This document shows positions 35,266-51,572 of a DNA stretch of 64,000 nt, in pieces. The stretch comes from Dimorphilus gyrociliatus (lineage: Eukaryota > Animalia > Annelida), in contig CAJFCJ010000006.1 of assembly GCA_904063045.1 (NCBI GenBank), forward strand, positions 3,426,408 to 3,490,407, written 5' to 3'. The notes beneath the pieces are model-generated. The model saw only the letters and a list, made by a program, of their open reading frames with translations, had not been told where the DNA came from and made no database searches. Both the position numbers and the translations under genes were made by a program. Position 1 is the first letter of the stretch, and the number at the start of each line of letters is the position of its first letter.

Positions 35266-37203
35266 ATGGATATATACTTCCCTTTAAATGGATTTAATGA
35301 AAAAATCACTGTTTCAAGATCCTCAAAAGACATCCAATCAAACTTGGGTAGAAATTTGAATGATTATAGAGCCGATGGAACATTTTGCGATGTAGTATTT
35401 ACAGTGAATTCAACAGATATCTACGCTCATAAGAATGTACTTTCCGCATCCAATCCTTATTTTCGCTCTTTATTTAATGCAGATTGTGTTGTATCAAAAC
35501 AAGAAGTCAAATCATCAAGCGTAGAAATATTTCAGTCATTTCTGAACTTTTTATACACCGGAACGATCGAAATCAACAATGATAATGTTTTCGCTCTAAG
35601 TGAACTATGTGCCAAATACGTTTGTGATGAAGTTCTTAATTGGTGTGCAAAGTTTATGCAGAAGAATATGACGAATGAGAATTGTATTTTCATAAAAAAT
35701 TTGGCGGATAGAATGAATCTAACAGAATTGTCAGAAATATCGAAACATTACATTATTGACAATTATAGTTGCCTGATAAATAGTTCATATATTTTAACAA
35801 TTCCTCTTAGGCAGTTTCAGACACTTCTCTCTGTCAGATCGTCGGCCAATCGATCTCTAGTCGATATAATATGTGCTTGGGTTCGTCATAAGGAAAATGA
35901 TCGAAAATCACATCTAGAATCTCTTTTTAAATGTCTCAATTGGAAGGAAGTGAATGAAAAACGCTTAGAATCCATATTCTCGAATAATATATATTTGGAA
36001 GGAACCGATGACGTGTTAGCTTTATTATCAGCAGTTGCATGTCAAAGATCTCTTTCCGAGAAGTATATGGAATTATTAAATCAGATTAGAAGCGAATTTG
36101 AAAAAGTTAGTATCGAAGAAAGAGATCTACCAATTATTGAAGATTCTGAAGAAATAGATAAGATTCTTAAAGAAGATTCAAATGAATTATTATTAAAAGA
36201 AAGTATTCCCATTGTTAAAATTGAACAGAGAACAAGAAGGAAAAAGAGTAGGAAGAGCGGAGCAAGTACCATCAAAATGATTTCGAAATCTGGAAGAAAT
36301 TACAAATGTTTACGTTGCCCTTATAGTGCCCACTGCCCTAAAAGGATATCAGAACACTTCAAAGCAATTCACATTCAGTCAGATAACGAATATAAATGTT
36401 CACTTTGCAAGTTCCAGACTTGCTATAATAGAGATTTCTATAACCATATGAAAGAACATTATAAAGGTCCACCATACAAATGCGACTACGTAAATTGTTC
36501 TTTTAAAGCTCATCAGATTTATCAATTAGTCAACCATCAAAAGAAACATTCTGGTGATTATCCCTACGAATGCCCTGAATGTAATAAAAAGTTTTCTCAA
36601 AAGGGCAACCTCAATGTTCATATCAGAATGCATTCTGGTGAAAAGTCATTTTCGTGTGATATTTGTGGGAAAATGTTTAGAGCCAAAAATACTTTGAAGC
36701 AACATGCCGCTAAACATTCGAAAGGAAAGCCTTTTTTGTGCGATCAATGCCCGTTTAGTACCAAGTATCAATCTCATTTAGCATCGCATAGGCGAACACA
36801 CGATGAAAGTGCAATGTTTTATTGCAACTATGAAGATTGTAACTATAAAACCTATAAAAGGTGTATTCTAAAAACGCATCTAAAAAAACATTCTGGAATT
36901 AAGGAGCATGTATGTTCCACTTGCGGAAAAGCTTTCATGGAAAGATCTCATCTTATTCGCCATGAACGAATACATTCTGGTGATAAACCTTTTAAATGCG
37001 ATCATTGCAGTTATACAACCGGGAGAAGTGATAAACTAAAATTACATTTAAAGAAACACGACAGTAAAGGAATTATTGGTCCTGCTATTACCGATTCGCT
37101 AAATCAAGCCATCTTTAACGATAATATGATAAATATAGACAATGGCGGTATAGAACAAACTGATCTGGCTGATAGAGATATTATGGATTTGATTCAAGAG
37201 TAG
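35266..37203 (+). CDS. Intronless BTB-BACK plus 9 C2H2 zinc-finger protein, 645 aa
   Basis: BTB (FCDVVFTV..AHKNVLSASNPYFRSLF..FLNFLYTG), BACK-like region (NCIFIKNLA..WVRHKENDRKSHL), and nine C2H2 fingers with SGEK-type linkers. Confidence 0.9.
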   Translation: MDIYFPLNGFNEKITVSRSSKDIQSNLGRNLNDYRADGTFCDVVFTVNSTDIYAHKNVLSASNPYFRSLFNADCVVSKQEVKSSSVEIFQSFLNFLYTGTIEINNDNVFALSELCAKYVCDEVLNWCAKFMQKNMTNENCIFIKNLADRMNLTELSEISKHYIIDNYSCLINSSYILTIPLRQFQTLLSVRSSANRSLVDIICAWVRHKENDRKSHLESLFKCLNWKEVNEKRLESIFSNNIYLEGTDDVLALLSAVACQRSLSEKYMELLNQIRSEFEKVSIEERDLPIIEDSEEIDKILKEDSNELLLKESIPIVKIEQRTRRKKSRKSGASTIKMISKSGRNYKCLRCPYSAHCPKRISEHFKAIHIQSDNEYKCSLCKFQTCYNRDFYNHMKEHYKGPPYKCDYVNCSFKAHQIYQLVNHQKKHSGDYPYECPECNKKFSQKGNLNVHIRMHSGEKSFSCDICGKMFRAKNTLKQHAAKHSKGKPFLCDQCPFSTKYQSHLASHRRTHDESAMFYCNYEDCNYKTYKRCILKTHLKKHSGIKEHVCSTCGKAFMERSHLIRHERIHSGDKPFKCDHCSYTTGRSDKLKLHLKKHDSKGIIGPAITDSLNQAIFNDNMINIDNGGIEQTDLADRDIMDLIQE

Positions 37204-37329
37204 ATTATTTCATTAGATATAATAAAATATGACAAACCTTATTTATTGTTTTATGATATCGATAAGCTCTGTAAACATGACCAAGGTACAAATCGCTTTA
37301 GTTCTCATTTCATTTCAACCTTCTGAACA

Positions 37330-37959
37330 ATGTCATCGAAGGGCTTCTACTTTCTTTTAGGCTTAATACCAATGCTATTCATCTCTCAAATTATATCCAT
37401 CGCGTTACCATATTGGTCAATGTTCTCTTGCAGTCCGATAGAATGTAAAATAAATATTGGAATATGGAAAATATGTGTCGATCCACCCGGCCAGTGTCAA
37501 ACCCTTCATACTGGAATTGGTCTAAAATCTTTTTTTTTTGTTGTCGTTTACTTAATCTTCAAGTTTTATCTTCTTTATATTTTTCAGACTGGTTAAATAC
37601 CGTTCGAGCTTTTATGATAATCGGTCTAATTGGTCTGGCAGGGGCATTTTTCATTCTTCTACTTTTCTTAACTTTCCTATCAGGTTTGGGTAAGGCAAAT
37701 GGTAAAATTATTGTTAGCATCATTCTTATAGTAACAGGTAACTTAAACCAATTGGAATATAAAGGTATAAATGTAGGTTTAAATTTTAGGAATTTGTATT
37801 TGCGTATCGGTCGTTACATGGGCTGCAAATTATAATAATGGTAATAGAATATGGCTAGACAGCTTTACGAATGAGAAATTCCATTTACACGCCAGCTTTG
37901 GTTTAGCTGTCGCCAATTGTATTTTATGTTTATCAGGAACAGGATTGGCTTTTATTTGA
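37330..37959 (+). CDS. Claudin/PMP22-superfamily tetraspan protein 3
   Basis: TM1-PYW...IGIWKIC-x6-C, WLNTVRAFMI; three exons; ends at TGA 37959 directly after TM4. Confidence 0.8.
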
Positions 37960-38070
37960 AAACTTGCACTCATTACTACAATACTGCCTTAATCATTCAT
38001 ATAAAATATTCCATCTTTGAATTATTATCAATTGTTTTTGATTGTAATATAAATTTCCATCTGTTGTCGT

Positions 38071-39526
38071 TTATCTAAATAATAATAAATATACTGTATA
38101 TATATATAATTTATATATATTTAATTCATTAAAGCAAAATACGTTATTCTTTACCATGTCTATATTAGATGAAAATGTTATTTTTCCTTTAACGACAACT
38201 GAATTTTTCAAAACAATAACATACTGTGGAATGACTGACGATGGATTTTCGTATTCAACTGTTGGATCAGATTCGAATGAGACGGCTTTATGAAGATCTT
38301 CGAAAAGTATTTTATTATAGAATAAAAGTCCATCTATTCGGCTAGAAGAATCAAGAAAGAATTCAAAGTCTGTAGTTTTTGTAAATACTGATAAATTCAA
38401 GGTTTTTGCATCGTATTCCTTGAATAGTTTAGGAATACTCTTTATATTATTAGGTCCAATCGGACTTGACAGAGCTCTTCCTTCCGCTCTCGCTAAATGA
38501 TTCAGTTCACTCATATCCAAACCATACATGTTATTGAAGCAGTGATAGTTTTGTAACAATATTTTATTGTTAACCATAGGAGCAACATAAGTTTCAATTT
38601 TCCTAGGTAAAATAATACCATCCTGCTTCTAAGCAATATAAATAAAGAGTTAAATGATTACAAAATCAACACTTTAAAAACTAAAATGTACCAAATAGTT
38701 ATCCCTGAAGAATAATAGATTATTGATCATATTTGATGGTTTAATGAACTCTGACTGCCAATCGCAAATTAAAATATCAAATATTTTAGGAAGAGGCGTT
38801 TGCTTCATGTCACGAGGAACTACTGTAACGTCTGCAAATATATGGCTTTTTTGGCTATATTTCGAATAGATAAATGAAAATATTCACGATCATTGTATCC
38901 ATTATCTTTAAGAATTTGCCTGGTTATTGAATAGAATTCGGTAGGTTCAAAGGTAAATACGTATTTTGCTCCTGCTTCTAATGCCCATATTGTAAATAAT
39001 CCTGTTCCTCCGCTTATATCAGCTACAATTCTATCTTTAAAAAGATGTTTGTTTGATAAAATACTCTTCTTAAATGCTAACATGTAGTTCTTATGATTTA
39101 TTCTTGTCTAAATGAAAGGATAGAAAGACGATTATTATAGAACTTTTATAATAGACAAGTATCCAATTTGTAAATTAATTTGTCATACTCGTTGATAAGA
39201 AAAATGTAAAAGCGGCTCTCTATAAATATCCTTTGAAGTTATATCGTCAATTTTACCATATTTCTTCTCTACAACTTCTTCAAAGTGTATTAATTTCTCT
39301 AAAGCCTAAAATCAAAAATATCCGACAGGGAATATTATAAATATACTACGAAAGTTGAATGCATGCTTGTTCTACATTGATAAAGAGAGATAGGTTGGGA
39401 TCTCTTCTACCGCCTCCTAATATTATTTTTCTTCTTTTAATTTCCCTTTCCGTAATTGTTGTCTTCTGAAAAAGTAATTTGAATATATAAAATACAGTTA
39501 CGAACCTGTCTATAATTTCCGCCATG
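38071..39526 (-). CDS. Divergent PRMT1/8-like protein with degenerate active site
   Basis: Spliced exons give DDITSKDIY..HF, NKHLFKDRIVADISGGTGLF..EAGAKYV, FDILICDW..RDNYL|KQDGIILP and NNMYGLDMS. The 5' exon boundaries (ATG 39526) are less certain. Confidence 0.8.
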
Positions 39527-39882
39527 TCTTTTTTTTTACGGTTTTACAATTGAACTTTTAAAACATTATTCAGAACTAAGGTTATAAAGAAGAAAACCCT
39601 ACTTACCGACATTTTTTGGGTTACTTAAACTTTTATAAATGATTGAATATTCAAGTTTTCAACGAATTTTAATGAATAACGGGGGAAATAATTCTTATTA
39701 CAATGTAAGATGATATTTCCTTTCCCACAGTCTTTTCCTATCACGTGACTAAAAGGAAAGTAGTTTTCTCTATTGAATTAATGTATTCTTAACTAAAGAT
39801 TTATTTTTTAAATATGAAATAAATTAACAATATATTTTCATAGAGTTAAAAAGTCTTTATATATATATATAAATATATACAT

Positions 39883-42869
39883 TTAGGATTTGGCGCCATT
39901 AACCATAACTCTGGAATCTTTTTCAGGATATTGGAATTTTTTTGGATTAGTCTGCAAAATAAATTTATATAATTACACTATTAAAGATTATTAAAATATA
40001 ATATTTACAAAAGACGTTGGAGATGGATTATGTACATTACAATCATCATCATTGGGAGAAGAAGAGGCAACTACTCTAGTTTTTCTAGAATAAGATGACG
40101 GTTTCGCTGATATTCCACCAGTTTTCTTTGTTTTGAGATTATTTATCAAATTTTGCATTTCACGTAACTCCTTCAAACGTAAAGAAAAAGCAATGGTTTT
40201 ATTTAATATATAAAAATATAACTTATTTTAAAAGTAAAAAACCTCGTTTTGTAATAAAAGAGATTCAATATCTCTCTCAGACTGCTTTTTCAATTGGAGT
40301 AAGTTATTTCGTTCTTTTTTTACTTTTCTGCAATTATTTTTGAATTGGTAAAATAAAAAAATGCCTTCAATAAAAGTATCACATACTGTAAATCATCCTC
40401 AAAACTCTCCAAACATTTCTTCTGATCATTAATTATTCCATCTCTGTGTTTTAAAGCTTCAACGAGATAATGATAAGGCTGATGACTATTATCGATAACT
40501 TCATTTGCTTGTCTCAATTGTTCAAAGGTTTTTTCCTTCTTCTCGGCTTCAATTTCCTTTTGTTTTTTAAGAAGAGTGCATTCTTTTTCTAATTGAAGAA
40601 CTCTTCTAGCCAATTGAACGCTATGTTGTAGTCGTCTTTTCGACATGCTTGGTAAATTGGCTCCATATCCATATGAGAGTAAGATATCTTCGCCATTTCT
40701 ATCACTCTCCGAAGCTATTTAAATTAATATTAATATATGAAAACAGTTGTTAAATGATGGAAATATTCAATTTCTTACATTCTGCTGCTTGCATTACGAC
40801 GTCATCTAGTTCATTTTCCAATTTTTCATATGTTTCTAATTTACACATTACTTCTTGTAACCTCGTTTGTAATTCGGTTATCTTCTTATCTTTTTCGCCA
40901 GTTGCTGAGTAGTATTCCTTTGTCATTACTTCTAATTTTTTATTCAATTTATCGCACTCTTTCTGACATTCTTGTACATTTCGATTGCTTTCTTCAAGAA
41001 CAATCGCTGTTCTTTCAACTTCAAAAGCTTTTAAGCGAACTTCGTTCGTCAACTCTCCAATTTTCTGATCGGTGCTTGATTGTTTCTGCCTGAAGCTGAT
41101 GATAAAAAAAATAGCATTCTTACGAGTTATTTTTGATAGAGTATAGAAATCTCACTCCATAAGTAATTGATCGTATTTATGCTGTAATTCATTTTCACTA
41201 GCAGTAGCTCTATCCCTTTCCGATATTGCCAAGTCCCTTGCTTCTCGAAGACTCCTTAAAAAATTAAGTATGATATAGAAAAGTGGAAAAAGCACAGATT
41301 CTTCCCGGATATTACCTGTTCTCTCGTTCATAAACTTCTTTAGCAGATGTTTTTAATCTTTCAATTTCATTGTCAGTTTTAAATCGCATTTTATCCAGTT
41401 GTTCTGACATCTTTCTTTCATATTGTTCTTTATATTCATCTCTAAATTTGGAAAAGACAAATTTTATAAAAGAATAAATAAAGCGAAAGAATAAAATAAA
41501 TAATTTAACCTCGAAGTAACGTATTTATCATATAGTTCTTCTCGTGATTGTTTTGCTAATTCTAGCTGATTATTTAATTGAATTTGCCGTTCTTCCAAAT
41601 ACATTAATTTTGTTTGTGAGTCAAGAAGCTGAAGAAAGGATCACATATAATGAATTGTCTCAAGAAATTGAATAAACCTAGTTTTTTTTATGACAAACCT
41701 GTCTTTGCATATAATCCTTATCTTGCTTCAACAAAGTATTGGATTTTTCAGATGCTGATAACTATAGAATTGTAAAGATAAAAATCCTTAATGATTAGAT
41801 TGACTAACTAGTACTGAAAGAGGAAACTTACGTGTGAGGTTAATTCGTCTCTTTCTCTTGTTAGGACGTCATTTGCAGTATTTATGTATGAGAATCGTTT
41901 TTGAATATCTATTAACTCCTTCTCGAAGTCATCCCTTTCCCTAAATTTACAATCCATTTTATAAATCATTTATACTGATAAAGAAATTCTGCTTTTTGGT
42001 TTACCTGTGAACTCTATCATAGTTCTCTACCTTATAAGTATCAATGGTTGTATGCTGTTTTATTTCTGCTAGAGATAGGACCAATCTTTCATTCTTAATA
42101 CTATGTTCTTCGAGTTTTTCTTTCATAGTAACAATATCCTAAAAATAGAGGAAAAGTTTATTTTCCAGTTTACGAAAGCAACGTACAATATTATATTCTA
42201 GAATATAATAAAAACCTCTGTTAATTTGGTTACTTCTGCTTTTAAACGGGTATTTTTATCTGAAGTTACTTTATGTTTGTGTCTTAATTCTTCATTTTCT
42301 AATTTCCATGGTTTTAACTCTTCAAATAATCTCATAGCAACAAATTCCTTTAAAGGTATATCTGTATCATTCTGTTGTCTTAGGTCTAGATATTGTTGTT
42401 CAGAAATGGCAAGGTCGAAAAGTGTCTTTTTTATATCTTCTGTTGCCGAATGTAATTTTTCATTTTGAGTTTCCAAAATTTTTTGTCTATTAACTAGTTT
42501 TTCTACTTGATTTTGAATAGCTACTTGTCTTTTCCTGGCTTCTTCTTGCGATTTGGTAATTTCTGCATCTAACCTTAGTGCCAAAACTTGTTTGGCATGA
42601 GTAACATCTGCTAGTTGTTCTTGGAGATCATCGATTCTTTGAGTGTATTCTGATTTTATCGAGTCAATGAGCATACATTTTTGAGACAGTTCGATCTTTG
42701 TAACTTGCAGATCATGCTGCAACTGTTTTTTCTCTAGCTGTGATCTTCCAACTTTGCTTTTGGAGGGGTGAGAGATGTCAGGCGATAGGGATAAGTCAGT
42801 TGGGACAGTAGTTTCCAGACTAAGATCATCCGAATCTAAACCAGAACTGGCGTTACTCTTGTAAGCCAT
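39883..42869 (-). CDS. PIBF1: PIBF1/CEP90 centriolar coiled-coil protein
   Basis: N-terminus LDSDDLSLETTVPTD...KIELSQKCMLIDSIK..LALRLD matches PIBF1, as do EVRLKAFEVERT and RLQHSVQLARRVLQLEKE. The last exon ends at TAA 39883. Confidence 0.93.
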
Positions 42870-43105
42870 TCGGATGCAGTTTTTATTAGCCTAAGCAAAC
42901 TCTCGTAGGTCGATAAAATGAGAGATGAATTTGTAAAGATATTTTTGAATGAGTCCAGACTTGAAATTGAAAACGGAAGTTCTTCTTTAGAAATTTTTCG
43001 TACAATTTATTTAAATTTCATTTTAAAATATTCCCTAAAAGCAGAGACAATATTGTCTTTAAAATAACAACAATGCCTATTCACCTGAATACGAAGGAAC
43101 GTTTA

Positions 43106-43155
43106 CGCGGGAAATTATAACCCGTAACCAGGCTAATATCGTTTCCATAGACAAC
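43106..43155. promoter_or_regulatory. E2F-like site and RFX X-box-like site in the PIBF1/IQCA1 bidirectional promoter
   Basis: CGCGGGAAA at 43106-43114 (TTTCCCGCG on the minus strand); GTTTCCATAGACAAC at 43141-43155. Confidence 0.45.
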
Positions 43156-43285
43156 CAACAAACTAAATGTTATTAGGAAGATCGCTTGTTTTTATTTAGC
43201 TATTATAACAGAAAAAAGTTTTATCCATTAAAAAATATGTCCCACAGGTTTGTATTAATTGGCTTCTTATTATTTGTTTACAACA

Positions 43286-46872
<3,587 letters not shown>

Positions 46873-47396
46873 TTTGAATGTTTTAAGCAATCAAATAAAA
46901 CAAACTATTTCTTTATATACATATATATATATATGTATTCAGTACATTTTATATTGTAAATATTCAAAATTGAATAAGAGAGTATGGTATTTTTGAAAAT
47001 TATTGTGCCTTTCTATTTATTCTCTCTATATTTAAATACAAAGAAAACTTAAGCAGCACCCATACAAACTTAATTACAGATGTAGGAAAGGTAATTTTTT
47101 TTTTTTTTTTTTAAAATTTGTATCGACTTATCTAAATAGTTCAAAAGAGTAATTAGAGTAAATTAATAACTAATTTAACAATCTGACATTAAGGTGTACA
47201 CTATTTTTAAATTTGAAACATCATTGACAAAAAATTCCTTTATTTAATATAAATATAATGGGTATATCTCATTCCCTCTGGTAAAAATCGATTCGTGATG
47301 ACTTTTCAGAGTGCACAGAATCCTTTAAATACCCTTTAAACTGAATTTCTATTAATAGACCTCATAAGGTTAAAATTAAAATAGCAACAACGATAT

Positions 47397-49133
47397 ATGG
47401 ATGATCTTGCCCCAAATGCTGAACCCGGATCGATTTTAGATAGACCTATTAGATTTTATAATCTATCTGATTTGTTAACCTATTATTCTGGTAAAGTTTC
47501 GGCTCATGGTTGGTGGTCTTTAAAGGTATCCAGAGGGAAGTGTAGAACTTGGTATTGGATTGTTTTAATATGTATTTGCATTGTTCTATTAATAACACTA
47601 TGCTCTTCCACCTTATTAGAGTTTCTTATGTTTCCCGTTACTACAAGTGTCTTAATTAGGAAGGAAGTTAAACTATCCTTTCCAGCTATTACTATATGCA
47701 ATATGAATGCTATACTTAGCGACGAGCAAGCCGAAGGTAGGAAGGCCGGCTATTCGGCTATTAAGCAAGAGTTGGCCGAAAAACTAGGAAACGAAAATGA
47801 CTATATTAAATCAATTAATTTACAAAGATACCTTGGATCGAAAGAAGAGGAAATACGAAGAACATTAGGTCACAAGTTGAAGAATATGCTGGTCTATTGT
47901 TCCTACTTTGGAACTCCATGCTCTAGCAAAGATTTTATGCTGGTACTGAGTACTTCCTATGGCAATTGTTATACTTTTAACGCATTTGGAAATCGAACAG
48001 CTTCTACGTTCGGTGTAACTGAGAGCCTCTTTCTTGTTCTTGACACCCAAGTTAATGAGTACAATAATATATATCAAACATCAACAGGTTTTCGTATAGC
48101 TATTCATAACAATTCGGCTTTTCCTTTCCCAGAGGCCGATGGTTTTAACATTTCTCCAGGCATGCTTACATACGTTGGAGTTCATAGAAAACTATTTAAA
48201 CACATTAGATATCCATATTCGGATTGCAAAATCTTAACAAAAGATGAAATGAGAGATAGAGACGCCTACGTTGGTGTTTTACCACACGTTACCTATAGCG
48301 AATTGTCTTGTATCAAAACTTGTAATCAAATTGAACTATTTAAGCATTGTTATTGTTTCGATCCAGCTTTACCCCGTTATAGGAACAAATCTCACGCATT
48401 CAATCAATTAAAAGAGGAGCTGGGTAAAGATCGATTCGATAATCCAAAAGAGACTATTTACTGTCAACCGGAAAGGGATAAAAAAGTTAAACAATGTATG
48501 GATTGGTTTCAAGAATTATTCATTGCTAGAAAAACTGCAGAAAACTCCAAAGTTGAGGATAGACTTTGTCCAAAATGTATTCCAGTTTGTTCTCAAGTAA
48601 AATACGAGACGAGATTATCATTTGGCGCCTATAGAAATTTGGAACATTTTAGAAATACGAATAATAAAAAATTAAAGAATTTCTACGATACGAGAAAGAA
48701 TAATGAAGAAAGATTGAGCTATCTTATTAAGAATTTAGCAGCCATTAATATTTATTACGAGAATCTTGAGCAGACAATCAACGAAGATGCAGTTAAGATA
48801 ACAACTTTTAATTTTATTGCAGATTTAGGAGGTCATATGGGTCTTTGGATGGGAGCTTCCATTATAACTTTATTCGAATTTATTGAATTTCTATTTGAAA
48901 TTATCTATAATTATATAATATGCCAACAATTTCTTGGTAAAAGAAAATCAGAGTATGATAATTCAACAAGAAGGAAGATAATTAGAAGAAATTCTATGAG
49001 AAAAATTCTACAAGAGGAGGAAGACAAGGAATTAGACTTACTCTTTATTCAACACATCCTAAATAAGGCCAATTTACCAAACACCTACGAGAAATTGTAT
49101 CATCAAAGATTCTTTGAAGAGGAAACTAGTTAA
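47397..49133 (+). CDS. Intronless DEG/ENaC (ASIC-like) channel subunit, 578 aa
   Basis: N-terminal HG motif, TM1, FPAITICNMN, GNCYTFN, Cys-rich domain, and ADLGGHMGLWMGAS selectivity filter before TM2. Confidence 0.95.
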   Translation: MDDLAPNAEPGSILDRPIRFYNLSDLLTYYSGKVSAHGWWSLKVSRGKCRTWYWIVLICICIVLLITLCSSTLLEFLMFPVTTSVLIRKEVKLSFPAITICNMNAILSDEQAEGRKAGYSAIKQELAEKLGNENDYIKSINLQRYLGSKEEEIRRTLGHKLKNMLVYCSYFGTPCSSKDFMLVLSTSYGNCYTFNAFGNRTASTFGVTESLFLVLDTQVNEYNNIYQTSTGFRIAIHNNSAFPFPEADGFNISPGMLTYVGVHRKLFKHIRYPYSDCKILTKDEMRDRDAYVGVLPHVTYSELSCIKTCNQIELFKHCYCFDPALPRYRNKSHAFNQLKEELGKDRFDNPKETIYCQPERDKKVKQCMDWFQELFIARKTAENSKVEDRLCPKCIPVCSQVKYETRLSFGAYRNLEHFRNTNNKKLKNFYDTRKNNEERLSYLIKNLAAINIYYENLEQTINEDAVKITTFNFIADLGGHMGLWMGASIITLFEFIEFLFEIIYNYIICQQFLGKRKSEYDNSTRRKIIRRNSMRKILQEEEDKELDLLFIQHILNKANLPNTYEKLYHQRFFEEETS

Positions 49134-49335
49134 TGTTCTAACGATTTCCTTTTTGTTATATACTTTTAATAATCAATTGAACAAAGTTTTCTTTTTTCTA
49201 ATATCCTTCATAGTTATTTTATTGTACAATAAATTATTTACACTTACGTTTCCTTTATAGTTTTAATTGTATGATTAAAATTGAAACATTTAATAATCCG
49301 CTTTCTATATGAGAATTCCTTCCGATCTTTCTTAT

Positions 49336-49371
49336 GTTTGTTTGTTTGTTTGTTTGTTTGTTTGTTTGTTT
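49336..49371. repeat. (GTTT)9 microsatellite between the convergent ENaC and Josephin 3' ends
   Basis: Direct reading of the sequence. Confidence 0.95.
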
Positions 49372-49400
49372 AAGGTTGTAGATTTCAGAATAAAATTGCC

Positions 49401-50266
49401 CTAATCTGGACTTTTAAACCACGAAGATTTTTCTGCTACATCTTGCTTAACGATAAGTAGAATGTTTGTATCGTCTCTTTGTAGATTTTCTTGTAGACAC
49501 TTTCTTAGACTATCCTATTTATAAAATTTAAATATATAAGAAGATATAGTTAATTCACCAATTATCTACCTCGTTTCCGATAAATGTTGGCTCAGCTGCT
49601 TTTGAATCTAATAAATAATACTGGCCAGTTATTTTCTTTACGGCTACCCAATGACGTTGTCGTATATATGGTATAGAAAAGGCGCCAATTTTCCAGGTAA
49701 TTGGAACATTTAGGATAAAACCTTCTATTTCTTGAAGAACCAAGCAGTTTGGTGATCTAACATTAAATGATTATTAATTAAAATACAAATATTCTCAATC
49801 ACTAACTTTCTCCTATCCATCCAAATTGTTTCTAAATTACGACTTTGAAAAGCTGCTATTAATACATTGACATCATAATTACCCAAACCCAAAAAGTTCC
49901 TATGAGGATTAATGAAGCTTCCTGGCGTTAAGCTGTCCATTTAAATATAGTTTTATTAATTAAATAAATAATTTAAGCATCTCGGACACTAATTTTTCTT
50001 TAAATGAAAGGAAACTATTACGAATAACTACAAAAATAGAGGTTTTTTATTATTTTCTTTAAACAACGTTCTAATAATGTAAGCTAATAGATAACAAAGA
50101 CTTACCGTTCACATATCCTATCCAATTCACTCTTACTAAAGGGATGATCATTTTGGAAGAAGTTATTTAGAGCATGCATAGCACACAAAAGACGACTCTG
50201 CTTCTCATGATAGATTTCACTCTTGGTTGGTAAATCAATATTTTTTCTATTACTATCCCTCTCCAT
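49401..50266 (-). CDS. JOSD2: Josephin-domain deubiquitinase (JOSD1/2-like)
   Basis: IYHEKQSRLLCAMHALNN (catalytic Cys), GNYDVNVL, RQRHWVAVKKI (His) and YLLDSK (Asp). Four exons. JOSD1 versus JOSD2 is not resolvable. Confidence 0.9.
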
Positions 50267-51572
50267 AAGTGATTAATGCACACAATGACAGGATTCTATA
50301 AATAGCAGCAAAAGCATCAGTTGAAAATTAGAGTAATTCAGACTATTCTTGTGAAAAACTAATATTACATAACAAACTGGGATAAATAATTTATGGATAT
50401 ATTATAAACTATTTATAAGCATACAGTACTATTGAGTAGTTTTTGTTTGATATTACACTTAAAAACACTTGTTGCACTTACAAACAAATAGAAAGTATCA
50501 AACTGAAATAGGTCTAGACTTTTTAGTAGAAGTTTCATTCTCTTTTAACAAAATATAAAATACTATATAAATTTAATATTAAAATAGAAAGATATTTTTC
50601 TAGTAAATACTACAATTAAAGTAGAATATAAAAAATAATTATTCTTCAATTTCTCTAAAACCAAAGAACGAATTTTAAAATATTCTTTCAGTTCCTTTTG
50701 TCAATAATAATAATAATAGGTCATAAATTATATAAGTCAACATATTTACCTTTCTAAGTCTTTGCTTTATAAGTTGTCTGTTACGACATATCTCTATGAT
50801 TTTCAATTGTGACAGTCTTACTGGTAAAGAGCCGATTGTATTATGGTTATGACTTCCGCATTTTCGTATTATTTTTAAATATAAAATATTAAATAAAATT
50901 TTGCATATTAGCTAGATCTTATTTCTCTTAAATAGAATATTTTAAAAAAATAATTCACTAATAAAGTATTTGTTAAAAGTTTCTTTGCTGAATAATCATC
51001 TCTTTTCAAAAGGCTATAGAAATACTTTTTTTGAAAGCAGGTTAAGTTATAGGATAGCATTATTTTATGTTTACTGTAAGATATAAAAATAAAAAAGACA
51101 ATGTATTACCAAATAAAAGTTTTAACTGATTTCAATTTCAAAAAAAGGTCTTATAATATAGTTTATATAATACAAGGATTATTCAAAACAATTTTTTAGA
51201 AAGTATTTTAAATTTTACTCAATAAATAAAGATAAAATTCTTTTAACGTAGTTAAATTAAATGATAAAGTTACTGGAAATTTTTAATCTACTTCCATTGA
51301 AAAAACGACTTATATTCAATTCCATTGTACGAAAACGACAATAACTTACAATATCCGGTCTAAAAATTACCTATAGTGTTTCCATCTACCGACTCTCTTC
51401 TCAGTTCTTGAAGTTAGAATGAAAATTGAAATGTCCGTTACATAGTTAGTTTAATAGTTCAATAGAATACAGTAGGACTTTGGAAAGTAATTTTGTGCCT
51501 GAAATTTGGAAAGGATCAGTTCCTCTATCATGATTTAGGATAAAAAAATCTTATCTGAAACTTAAAAAGGAT

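Noticed and set aside
27297-39526. SDR and PRMT-like genes as decaying pseudogenes
   Set aside because: Both keep open frames and usable splice sites across exons, so they are treated as candidate pseudoenzymes instead.
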